From an uncultured Pirellulales bacterium (GTDB lineage Bacteria > Planctomycetota > Phycisphaerae > Sedimentisphaerales > SM23-30), in assembly GCA_964537505.1 (NCBI GenBank), contig CAZICK010000008.1, positions 262-64,261 on the forward strand: a stretch of DNA of 64,000 nucleotides. The letters run 5' to 3'. Shown here piece by piece: positions 37,404-45,953 of this stretch; position 1 is the stretch's first letter; every line of letters begins with the position of its first letter. The translations under genes were made by a program, and so were the position numbers. The notes below the pieces were generated by a model. It did no database searches. It worked only from the letters and a program-made list of their open reading frames with translations, and was not told the DNA's origin.

Positions 37404-38942
37404 CTATTGAACAGTAAGTCTCAGAATTCTCCGCGTTGCGGATGTAACCTTGAGACCCTCAGCAATCCTCAGCCCCATCACCCAGGCAATGCCCTGCTCA
37501 TCGCAGACCAATGACACCCGGTCTCGTGTTTCAAGAGGCGTCTTGAGGTCGGTGAAAAAATCGCCTAGCTTTTTCTGAGCCGGCGCCCCCAAAGGCCAAA
37601 ACTTATCACCCTGCCTGCGCCTTCGCAGCAGTAAGGGAAACTCAATCTGATCCATATCAAACATTTCTTCCCGGTCAGTCTTTTCCAACTGAAATGTCTT
37701 CAGCAGTTCCTGACCGCCCGAGAGAATTTCAGCTTGCAAACTCCGGGCGCATCTGCAACTTTGGTCACGCGGATCGATCCGGAAACAGCCCCGACCCAAA
37801 TCAGTAACACCTGGAATCCGCAGTGGAAGTTTATCAATCCTCGCCGTGGAATCGCTGTCGTGTTCGGATGCCGTTGTGTAAATACGTAATTCGGACTCCG
37901 TACGCCCCACTTTCAGACCATAAGGCAGTTGGATAACATTCCTCCGCTGATCGTCCCCCTCGGCCAAGGCGAGAATAGCGGTAATCTGTTTGAACCCGAT
38001 ACGCTGCTGCGGTACCTGCAAAGTCTCCATAGCCTGATAGACAATCTCCGCCTGTTGAATCCGCGATCGCCCCGCAAATGCCGCAGCATCGATAACCAGA
38101 CAATCATCTTCCTGTTTCAGCGTCAGCTTTTCCAGATCGGCCCGTCCCTCTCGGCTCAGTATCGCACTGAAATCCCCGGCTATCTGCCCCAATTGACCAA
38201 TCGCTTCACGAATTTTGGGATTGTACTTGTCCTCAATCACAGGCAGTAGTTCATGACGAATGCGATTGCGGGTATGAGCATAAGAAAGATTACTGCGGTC
38301 AAACCGATATTCGATGTTATGTCGCTGCAGAAATTCTTCGATCTCACCTCGCCGTAGCGACAACAGCGGGCGAACCAGCTTCAAATCCGATTGACCTCTG
38401 CCGGAAGATTTGCCGGCACACAACCCCGCTTCACTTAATTGCCGCACTGCCGGCATTCCTGCCAAACCTCTTATACCAGTGCCGCGAATAATACGATGCA
38501 AAATTGTTTCGACGTTATCATCAGCGTTATGGGCCAGGGCTATTTTGCTGCAACCGCGGGTATGGGCCGTCTCGCATAAAAAACGATAACGCTCCCGGCG
38601 AGCCGTCAGTTCAATTGATTGGCCCTTTTCCTTTGCGACCCCGCCAATATCTATCGAACCGATAGTTGCCTCCAGGCCGAGCTTTTGTGCTTGTCGGCGA
38701 ACAAATTCCCCGTCCTCATCACTTTCAGAGCCACGCAACTGATGGTCCAGATGTCCCACGTGCAGCGAGGAAAACTTCAGCACACCGCTTTCCCGCAGCA
38801 TTACCAACCCGCCCAACATAGCCATACTGTCGCAGCCGCCCGATACCGCCAGCAGCCAGCCTTCGTCCGGGACAAACATCTGCCAACGTTCTATCTGCCG
38901 GAGAAGCTCCTGTAAAAAATTGTCGCAGTCAATATCGCTCAT
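37404..38942 (-). CDS. tilS: tRNA(Ile)-lysidine synthetase
   Basis: The PP-loop SGGCDSMAM is present. The 512-aa product has C-terminal substrate-binding domains. Confidence 0.85.
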   Translation of the reverse strand: MSDIDCDNFLQELLRQIERWQMFVPDEGWLLAVSGGCDSMAMLGGLVMLRESGVLKFSSLHVGHLDHQLRGSESDEDGEFVRRQAQKLGLEATIGSIDIGGVAKEKGQSIELTARRERYRFLCETAHTRGCSKIALAHNADDNVETILHRIIRGTGIRGLAGMPAVRQLSEAGLCAGKSSGRGQSDLKLVRPLLSLRRGEIEEFLQRHNIEYRFDRSNLSYAHTRNRIRHELLPVIEDKYNPKIREAIGQLGQIAGDFSAILSREGRADLEKLTLKQEDDCLVIDAAAFAGRSRIQQAEIVYQAMETLQVPQQRIGFKQITAILALAEGDDQRRNVIQLPYGLKVGRTESELRIYTTASEHDSDSTARIDKLPLRIPGVTDLGRGCFRIDPRDQSCRCARSLQAEILSGGQELLKTFQLEKTDREEMFDMDQIEFPLLLRRRRQGDKFWPLGAPAQKKLGDFFTDLKTPLETRDRVSLVCDEQGIAWVMGLRIAEGLKVTSATRRILRLTVQ

Positions 38943-39853
38943 TTTTGGTTCTGGCAGTCTAGTTTTGTCAACTCACTATACAACCGCTGCATTTCCGGCA
39001 AGTCCAGGCCCAGCACCTGACCACGCCGCAACGGTTCGCCGATAATCGATTCGATCTCCATGGGCCGACGTTGGTGCCGATCCAACTGCATTGAGGTATA
39101 ATACGGTTTCATCTTGGCCGAATAGTCCATCATTTTCACTAAACTCTCATCTTCGATAATCAAACCATGAGCTTGGGCCGCGGCCTGTACCTCCTTCATC
39201 AGACGTTCGACCCAGACGCACAGCTTGTCGTCAGCCATAATACAATCGACCGTTTTATCCAGCAGTGCAGAAAGACCGTTAAAAGGCACATTCCAGACAA
39301 GTTTTTTCCACTGCGCCAGGGCCAGATTATCGACCACTTCGCATTTCACATAACTTTGTCGGAGCATTTCTCTAAAACGCTGCAGTTTTTCATCAGGCCC
39401 GCGACCAAAGTTACCGATATGAATATGGCCGTAGTCCAGATGATTTATCACTCCCGGCTCCAAACGGTTCGAGCACAAAAACGCCAGCCCACCTGCCACC
39501 CTTTCCGGCCCAAACAACTCTGCCAAACGCTCGTCATTACCCAACCCATTCTGTGCCGTCAAAACTCGCGTCTCGGCACCCATCAGGAGCGCCAAAAGCT
39601 GCTGATAGCAATCATTAGCCGTGGTCTTCAAACCGACAAAAACCAGATCAACCGGCGGAATATCTTCTACCCGGCGGTAGCAGTTGACCTTGGGCAGGTA
39701 AAAATCACCGTTGCAACTATGGACCATAAGACCCTTTTGCCTGACCACTTTGTAATCTCGCCGCATAAGAAAATGCACATCGAACCCCGCCCGAACCAAA
39801 AGTGCTCCGTAATATCCACCCAGCGCTCCCGCTCCAACAACAGCTATACGCAT
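38939..39853 (-). CDS. panE: 2-dehydropantoate 2-reductase
   Basis: The Rossmann motif is MRIAVVGAGALGGYYG. The product has ApbA/PanE length and C-terminal domain. It overlaps tilS by 4 nt. Confidence 0.8.
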   Translation of the reverse strand: MRIAVVGAGALGGYYGALLVRAGFDVHFLMRRDYKVVRQKGLMVHSCNGDFYLPKVNCYRRVEDIPPVDLVFVGLKTTANDCYQQLLALLMGAETRVLTAQNGLGNDERLAELFGPERVAGGLAFLCSNRLEPGVINHLDYGHIHIGNFGRGPDEKLQRFREMLRQSYVKCEVVDNLALAQWKKLVWNVPFNGLSALLDKTVDCIMADDKLCVWVERLMKEVQAAAQAHGLIIEDESLVKMMDYSAKMKPYYTSMQLDRHQRRPMEIESIIGEPLRRGQVLGLDLPEMQRLYSELTKLDCQNQK

Positions 39854-39906
39854 AGACTATTGCCTCCACAAAAACACGCTTCGCAACACTAACGCCACGC
39901 CATTAC

Positions 39907-41283
39907 TCAATGTGCTACCGGCTCGCCCAGCAGCATTTTCAATTCTTCGAGTTTTTCTTCGAGCATCTCTGCGTTTTGCGCCTCCACGTTCAGCCGCAGT
40001 AGCGGTTCGGTATTACTGCCCCGACAATTGAACCACCAGTTCTCGTATTGAATTGTTACGCCGTCAAGATAATCGATCTTGGCATCAGCATATTTTCGCG
40101 ACAACTCCGCCATCATCGCTTTTTTGTCTTCCACCTCGAAATTCATCTCACCGCTGCCATGATAGCGATGCAATGGACTGATCAGTTCACTCAGGGGCTT
40201 ATCATCGGCCGAGAGTATATTGAGTATATGAACCAACGTGATTATGCCGCTATCGGCAAAAAAATTGTCGCGATAGTAAAAGTGGCCGCTCAGTTCCCCG
40301 CCGAAAACACCCTTAGTGTCTCTTAACGCCTTCTTCATGAATACATGCCCCACTCTCTCACGTCGAGGCACACCCCCGTGCAGTTCGATCTCTTCTTTGA
40401 GCGATCGACTTGAGCGTAAATCGTAAACAATCGTCGAACCGGGATTCTTCTGCAGAAAATAACCCGCCAGCAGGGCCGTAATAATGTCACAGCCAACCGT
40501 CGCCCCAGTCTCATCCAACACCATCAAGCGGTCACCATCTCCATCGAAACACAACCCCATATCCGCTTTTTTATCGATAACTGCTTGTTTCAACTCGGCC
40601 AGATTACCTTCGACCAATGGGTTCGGATCGTGCTTGAACGTACCGTCATGCTCGAAATTGAGCGCTGTTATATCCAGATCGAGATCGCCCATAATTTCCG
40701 GCACTATTTTCCCCGCCATGCCGTTGGAAGCGTCGATCACAATCTTAAGCTTCTTCAAATTACTACCCAGAAACCGCAGCACATGACGCCGATATGCTTC
40801 AGTCAGGTCTTCCTGACGAACATGGCCGCCACCGACTCCCGCCGTATGACGCAATGCCGTAGCGATGTGCTTGATCTCCAGCAGCCCGGTATCGCTGCCG
40901 ACAGGCCGGGCCTTCTGGCCGCTTATCTTGAATCCATTATACTGGGCCGGATTATGGCTGGCCGTTACCTGTATGCCGCCGCACGTACCCAAATGATTTA
41001 TCGCAAAGTATATCTGCGGGGTATCGATCATACCGATATCGATTACATCCGCTCCCGAAGCAGTCATCCCTTTAATCGCCGCCTCAGCCAGCGACGGACT
41101 GTGCCTGCGCATATCACGTCCCACAATCACCGATTGGGCGCTAGCCATGCCGCGATCATATCCATGCAGCAGCGAACGCAAAAACTGTGCTGTAGCGTGA
41201 CCGATCTTCCAGGCAGCATCCTCATCAACCTGCTGAGGATATAAACCACGAATATCATACGCCTTGAATATAGATTCATCCAT
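39907..41283 (-). CDS. Phosphomannomutase/phosphoglucomutase
   Basis: The active-site loop is TASHNPAQYNGFK and the metal loop is FDGDGDR. Confidence 0.9.
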   Translation of the reverse strand: MDESIFKAYDIRGLYPQQVDEDAAWKIGHATAQFLRSLLHGYDRGMASAQSVIVGRDMRRHSPSLAEAAIKGMTASGADVIDIGMIDTPQIYFAINHLGTCGGIQVTASHNPAQYNGFKISGQKARPVGSDTGLLEIKHIATALRHTAGVGGGHVRQEDLTEAYRRHVLRFLGSNLKKLKIVIDASNGMAGKIVPEIMGDLDLDITALNFEHDGTFKHDPNPLVEGNLAELKQAVIDKKADMGLCFDGDGDRLMVLDETGATVGCDIITALLAGYFLQKNPGSTIVYDLRSSRSLKEEIELHGGVPRRERVGHVFMKKALRDTKGVFGGELSGHFYYRDNFFADSGIITLVHILNILSADDKPLSELISPLHRYHGSGEMNFEVEDKKAMMAELSRKYADAKIDYLDGVTIQYENWWFNCRGSNTEPLLRLNVEAQNAEMLEEKLEELKMLLGEPVAH

Positions 41284-41655
41284 TTTTGTCTTCCACTTTC
41301 TTTAATTTAATGTATCACTGATCTTGGCGTCATTACCGTTCAAAATTCCAATCCTGTTTATTTTAGCGTATCATCATCGGACGTTATGTTATGCGAACCA
41401 GCCCGACAAATCAACCCACAGAATCGCCCAAACCAAAAATTATCCCCCTGGCTCATGCCCCGTGCCTCATGCCTTCTTCCCCACAATTGGCCCTGCCGGA
41501 AATTATCATAAACCAGTCAAATGCCGGTTTTACCACCATTTAGTCTCTTACAAGTGGATTTGTGCGAAAAATGGTCACAAAATACTTACCTCACTACAAA
41601 TTGTCACATAACCCTATCTGGTTCCGGCCCTTGCCGGTTTCGTGGCATTATGGAT

Positions 41656-41683
41656 AAAAAAAAGGCAGGCTGTTAAGCCTGCC
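41656..41683 (-). terminator. Rho-independent terminator of flgM
   Basis: On the minus strand an 8-bp stem (GGCAGGCT/AGCCTGCC) with a 4-nt loop is followed by T8. It lies 36 nt after the flgM stop. Confidence 0.75.
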
Positions 41684-41719
41684 TTTCCCGTAAGAAAAAA
41701 ACTGTTTCCCAATCCTATA

Positions 41720-42004
41720 CTATAGTGCGTGCTCATCCAGTAAGAGGTCTAGTGCTTGTGATAGCTTCCCTTCCACATCGTACGTTCCGTCAGCCAGCGC
41801 CATCCTTATAGCTTCTACCTTCTGGGCTCTGATCTCCGGCATCGCCGCGATCTTGCCCAGATAGGTACCCACATCCGAAATTTGCACTTCATCCTCATTT
41901 TTACCCGCTGAGGACACCGTTCTGTTCTTTTCAACCCCCCCAGACGATTGCTGCCCAACTGCTGGCAACTGTCCGTAAGTGTTGATTCGTTGAATGTTGT
42001 TCAT
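41720..42004 (-). CDS. flgM: Anti-sigma-28 factor FlgM
   Basis: The 94-aa product has the C-terminal motif EIRAQKVEAIRMALADGTYDVEGKLSQALDLLL, typical of FlgM. Confidence 0.75.
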   Translation of the reverse strand: MNNIQRINTYGQLPAVGQQSSGGVEKNRTVSSAGKNEDEVQISDVGTYLGKIAAMPEIRAQKVEAIRMALADGTYDVEGKLSQALDLLLDEHAL

Positions 42005-42567
42005 AAAAATGCTCCATTTTTGTTTATTCTGCTTGCGTGTATCTACTGCCGCTTCTCTCTGTCCATCCCAGTCAGGCTTGTCTTACCCACCGTGGCAAAC
42101 CCATAAACCACAATATGTTGTGATCGCTTTCTCCAACGTGGCCAACGTTTTCTACTTTCCTTATCGACGCTGGGCCACAAAAAACTTGAAAAAAAACCCC
42201 TATCGGCAATCTTACGGCAAACACGCTTATTAACATGGTTATCGGCATCAACCTTCCGTTATAGGTCCTTAATTTGCAGGTAGTTAGCCTAAATTAACAC
42301 CCTCCAGATTAGCTATCTTAACCAGCATTACCATCCTTCCTAATCGGCAAAGACCCATAACCTCAACTACAATATATAGTTATCCCTCCCCCAAAAAAAT
42401 TTTTGTTTTTATATCCCGATATTCCATTAAATTCATACCAAAATATGAAAATCGCCGGATTGCACACTGGACTGGATACGTCTTCCCCCGCTGGGCCGCC
42501 CCAAACCAATGCGACAGGAAATATTCAAATCTTCGCACAAAACACCCATAAATTTGAGAACCGCTTC

Positions 42568-42596
42568 TTGACGAGGAAACGTAAATACAATAGAAT
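42568..42596 (+). promoter_or_regulatory. Sigma70-type promoter of the discoidin/GT-C/apbE operon
   Basis: The sequence reads TTGACG-N17-TAGAAT. It leaves a leader of about 100 nt with an AAGGAAAG ribosome-binding site. Confidence 0.6.
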
Positions 42597-42700
42597 GTTG
42601 AGGTTGAGTAGTTGTGCATCGTCGGTGTAGGCGGTGTTGCCGAATGTTGGTTGTTCCGGAAAATGGAACATTGATCGCATTTTGAAAAGGAAAGTAAGAT

Positions 42701-43495
42701 ATGCAAAGCAATTTCGCCAAATCAAGTGTAGGAATGTCAATTGTGTTATTGCTGACAGTTATCCTGTTTGCCCCATCCTGTAAAAAATCTGAATCGGCAT
42801 CTAAGCCGGGAGGAAACAGGGTTGCCGTCAGCCCAGACAAGCCCGGCGATAACAACACCGGTAAAACGCCTGGGACGGACGCAACCCCAACTACCGCCGG
42901 ACTTGTGCCGCTGCCGATCAAGCTGCCCACGCCAATGTTCAAAGGTACGCCGACACCTACCGTAGTACCCAACCTTGAGACACCACTGGGCCGAGATCGC
43001 GACCCGTTCCTGGCCCCGGTTGGAGCAAAAAATGTCGCATTAAACAAACTGGTAAGCAGCAGTGACGATGCGCCAATCATCGGCCAGATCGAATGGATCA
43101 CCGACAGCGACCGGGAAGCGTCTGACGGCTCCTATGTTGAGTTAGGTCCAGGTCCGCAACACGTAACCATCGACCTCGGAGCAAAACATGAAATATATGC
43201 CGTTCTTTTCTGGCACTATCACGGTCAAGCCTGCGTCTATTTTGACGTAGTAGTACAGATTGCCGACGACCCCGATTTTATTACGAATGTCACAACCATC
43301 TTCAACAACGATCACGACAACACTTCCGGTTTTGGCAGTGGTCCTGATAAAAACTACGTCGAAACGAATGAAGGCAAACTTGTCGATGCCAAACGTGCTC
43401 AGGGCCGTTATGTGCGACTTTACAGCGACGGCAACAACCTCTCCGAATTGAACCGTTACATCGAGGTCGAAGTTTACGGCAAACCCGTACAATGA
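42701..43495 (+). CDS. Secreted (possible lipo)protein: Pro/Thr-rich linker plus discoidin (F5/8 type C-like) domain, paralog 1
   Basis: The signal peptide ends at Cys (ILFAPSCKK). The linker reads TPGTDATPTTAGLVPLPIKLPTPMFKGTPTPTVVP. The domain contains HVTIDLGAKHEIYAV...GRYVRLYSDGN...YIEVEVYG. Confidence 0.7.
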   Translation: MQSNFAKSSVGMSIVLLLTVILFAPSCKKSESASKPGGNRVAVSPDKPGDNNTGKTPGTDATPTTAGLVPLPIKLPTPMFKGTPTPTVVPNLETPLGRDRDPFLAPVGAKNVALNKLVSSSDDAPIIGQIEWITDSDREASDGSYVELGPGPQHVTIDLGAKHEIYAVLFWHYHGQACVYFDVVVQIADDPDFITNVTTIFNNDHDNTSGFGSGPDKNYVETNEGKLVDAKRAQGRYVRLYSDGNNLSELNRYIEVEVYGKPVQ

Positions 43496-43538
43496 AAATA
43501 CCCTCTTGCTATAGCTTCTTGCCACGAGGAAATAAAAC

Positions 43539-44330
43539 ATGCAAAGTAAAGACGCTGGTCTGAATACAAGAATACTTGTTATTTTGCTGACAGTTATCTT
43601 GTTTGCCCCATCCTGCAAAAAATCTGAACCGGCATCTGAACCGGGAGGAAACAAGGTTGCTGCCAACCCGGAAAAGTCCGGTGATAACGAAACCGGCAAA
43701 ACCTCCGAGCCAAGCAAAACCCCAACTACCGCCGGACTTGTGCCGCTGCCGATCAAGCTGCCTAAGCCAACGACCAGAGTTACGCCGACGCCTGCCACAG
43801 TACCCAACCTGGAGACACCTCTGGGCCGAGATCGCGACCCGTTCCTGGCCCCGGTTGGAGCAAAAAATGTTGCCTTGGGCAAACCGGTAAGCAGTAGCGA
43901 CGATGCGCCCATCGTCGGCGAGAACGAATTGATCACTGACGGCGACCGGGAAACGTCTGACGGCTCCTATGTTGAGTTAGGCCCAGGTCTGCAACACGTA
44001 ACCATCGACCTCGGAGCAAAATATGAAATATATGCCGTTCTTTTCTGGCACTATCACGGTAGCGACTGCGTCTATTTTGACGTAGTAGTACAGATTGCCG
44101 ACGATTCTGATTTTATTACGAATGTCACAACCATTTTCAACAACGATTACGACAACAGTTGCGGTTTTGGCAGTGGTCCCGATAAAAACTACGTCGAAAC
44201 GAATGAAGGCAAACTTGTCGATGCCAAACGTGCCCAGGGCCGTTACGTGCGACTTTACAGCGACGGTAACAACCTCTCCGAAATGAACCGGTACATCGAG
44301 GTCGAAGTTTACGGCAAACCCGTACAATGA
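43539..44330 (+). CDS. Secreted (possible lipo)protein: Pro/Thr-rich linker plus discoidin domain, paralog 2
   Basis: By eye it is about 80-85% identical to paralog 1. It starts 43 bp after paralog 1. Confidence 0.7.
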   Translation: MQSKDAGLNTRILVILLTVILFAPSCKKSEPASEPGGNKVAANPEKSGDNETGKTSEPSKTPTTAGLVPLPIKLPKPTTRVTPTPATVPNLETPLGRDRDPFLAPVGAKNVALGKPVSSSDDAPIVGENELITDGDRETSDGSYVELGPGLQHVTIDLGAKYEIYAVLFWHYHGSDCVYFDVVVQIADDSDFITNVTTIFNNDYDNSCGFGSGPDKNYVETNEGKLVDAKRAQGRYVRLYSDGNNLSEMNRYIEVEVYGKPVQ

Positions 44331-45949
44331 AATACCTTCTAAAATGTTGCCTCCTGATCCTGGCTGCGACAATTGTTGCCTTGGCGATGCGCCTCCCGCA
44401 GTTGGCCCGGCGGCCCATGCACTGCGACGAGGCGGTTCATGCCTGTATATTCCGCGATCTGCTCGAACAGGGCGACTACCGCTATAGCCCAAACGAATAC
44501 CATGGCCCGACGCTTAGCTATCTCACCCTCATTCCTGCATGGCTTGGCGGCAGCGAAAAACTAATCCAAATAAACGAATGTACATTGCGGGGAGTGTCTG
44601 TCTTTTTTGGGGTGCTGCTCGTATTGCTGACCGTATTGCTGTTCAGGGGCCTCACTCCACCTGTAGCTATTATCGCCGCCTTGCTGACCGCCGTTTGTCC
44701 GGCCATGGTTTACTACAGTCGTTACTATCTGCACGAGATGCTCCTGGTCTGCTTTACTTTTGGTGCGATCATTTCCGGCTACCGCTATACGCAAAACCGA
44801 AATATCATCTGGGCCTTACTGACCGGATTATGCCTCGGACTGATGCACGCGACCAAAGAAACCTGCATAATCGCCTTCGGGGCCATGACGATATCTCTTA
44901 CACTTGTGCTGATAATGCGCCGGTGGCAGAATAACGATTCTTTGACAAATACTTTCAAGACAATAAAACCCGCACATTGGGCAGCGGCAATCGCCGTTGC
45001 CTGCCTGGTTTCAGTTTCGTTTTATTCATCCTTTTTCACCAATCCTCACGGAATACCCGATTCCTTACACAGCTTCATCATCGCCTTTAATCGCGCCAGC
45101 CGAGACCATTCACATCCCCATCCGTGGAACTACTTCCTAAAAATAATGATTTATTGGCAGTCCGACGCGGGTCCGGCATGGAGCGATGCCGTTATTATCC
45201 TTTTAGCCGCGATAGGTTTTATAGTCGCGATGGTGCGAAAGGGCATTGTCGGCGTGGACTTTCATCTGCTGCGGTTCATCGCCTTTTACACTGCCATTAT
45301 GACGATCTCCTATTCGGCCATTCCCTACAAAACCCCATGGTGTATGCTCGGGTTCCTCCATGGTATGATACTGTTGGCAGCGGTCGGTGCGGTCGCGACA
45401 ATAAAATTAACGACAAACCTTCCATCTAAGATACTTTTAGGACTGCTGCTGCTGGCGGCAGGTGTGAATTTCGGCTGGATGGCATATCTGGCAAGCTACA
45501 GATACGCCGCCGACACGGTCAATCCCTACGCTTATGTCCACACCTCACCGGATGTGTACGAAATGGTACAACGCATAGAAGAAATCGCGGCGGTCCATCC
45601 ACGCGGGCACGACATGACTATCCACATCGTTTCCAGCGAACATAAATATTGGCCGCTTCCCTGGTACCTGCGATCTTTCAACAATGTCGGCTACTACGAC
45701 AAGGTATCGGACAACATAACGGATGCCGAGGTCATCATCGCTTCTCCCGACCGTCAGATGGACCTCCGGGAAAAGTTATACAATATCCCGCCCACAGGCC
45801 AAATAAATCTTTATGTCCCCATTTTCGATCGATACCTGGAGCTGCGACCGCAAATCGAATTGCGCGGCTATGCCACAAAAGACCTGTGGGACCGCTTCCA
45901 GGAGCACCAGGGACAATCCCCACCTCCAACCACGCAAACCGACGGGTGA
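44327..45949 (+). CDS. GT-C fold membrane glycosyltransferase, PMT/ArnT-like (resembles the TIGR03663/Agl23-like family)
   Basis: The 540-aa product has many TM spans. HCDEAVH follows TM1, matching the Asp-Glu loop-1 motif. The start overlaps the paralog 2 stop in an ATGA. Confidence 0.65.
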   Translation: MKYLLKCCLLILAATIVALAMRLPQLARRPMHCDEAVHACIFRDLLEQGDYRYSPNEYHGPTLSYLTLIPAWLGGSEKLIQINECTLRGVSVFFGVLLVLLTVLLFRGLTPPVAIIAALLTAVCPAMVYYSRYYLHEMLLVCFTFGAIISGYRYTQNRNIIWALLTGLCLGLMHATKETCIIAFGAMTISLTLVLIMRRWQNNDSLTNTFKTIKPAHWAAAIAVACLVSVSFYSSFFTNPHGIPDSLHSFIIAFNRASRDHSHPHPWNYFLKIMIYWQSDAGPAWSDAVIILLAAIGFIVAMVRKGIVGVDFHLLRFIAFYTAIMTISYSAIPYKTPWCMLGFLHGMILLAAVGAVATIKLTTNLPSKILLGLLLLAAGVNFGWMAYLASYRYAADTVNPYAYVHTSPDVYEMVQRIEEIAAVHPRGHDMTIHIVSSEHKYWPLPWYLRSFNNVGYYDKVSDNITDAEVIIASPDRQMDLREKLYNIPPTGQINLYVPIFDRYLELRPQIELRGYATKDLWDRFQEHQGQSPPPTTQTDG

Positions 45950-45953
45950 AAAA

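Larger units (their letters stand above)
42701..44330 (+). repeat. Tandem gene duplication (two ~0.8-kb units)
   Basis: Long stretches of the C-terminal two thirds of the two genes are nearly identical in DNA. Confidence 0.85.

Noticed and set aside
41324-41611. A 95-aa plus-strand ORF in the pmm-flgM spacer
   Set aside because: It has a TTG start without an SD. Its composition is His/Pro/Cys-rich and implausible. The region is better explained as the pmm promoter and leader.
42200-42348. Three copies of ATCGGCA (minus strand GCCGATAG, GCCGATAA and GCCGATTA) upstream of flgM, and GCCGATAA at 47083-47090, as sigma-28 -10 boxes
   Set aside because: None has a TAAA -35 element at the required 15-nt spacing. 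The 8-mer GCCGATAA also occurs repeatedly inside coding sequence (for example 13204-13211 and 35163-35170), so chance matches are expected. The local clustering of three copies within 150 bp of a 700-bp gene-free region could still merit a motif search.
42701-44330. The tandem near-identical segments as the template and variable repeats of a diversity-generating retroelement
   Set aside because: No reverse transcriptase lies nearby, and both copies are complete genes. In the 3' ~350 nt I traced, the nucleotide differences are mostly C/T transitions plus small multi-base patches. They are not adenine-specific substitutions.
42433-44492. Long minus-strand ORFs (222, 264 and 171 aa) antisense to the discoidin genes
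   Set aside because: They mirror the plus-strand duplication and have low-complexity Gly/Ser/Pro-rich translations with no start signals. The plus-strand frames carry the signal peptides and domain motifs.
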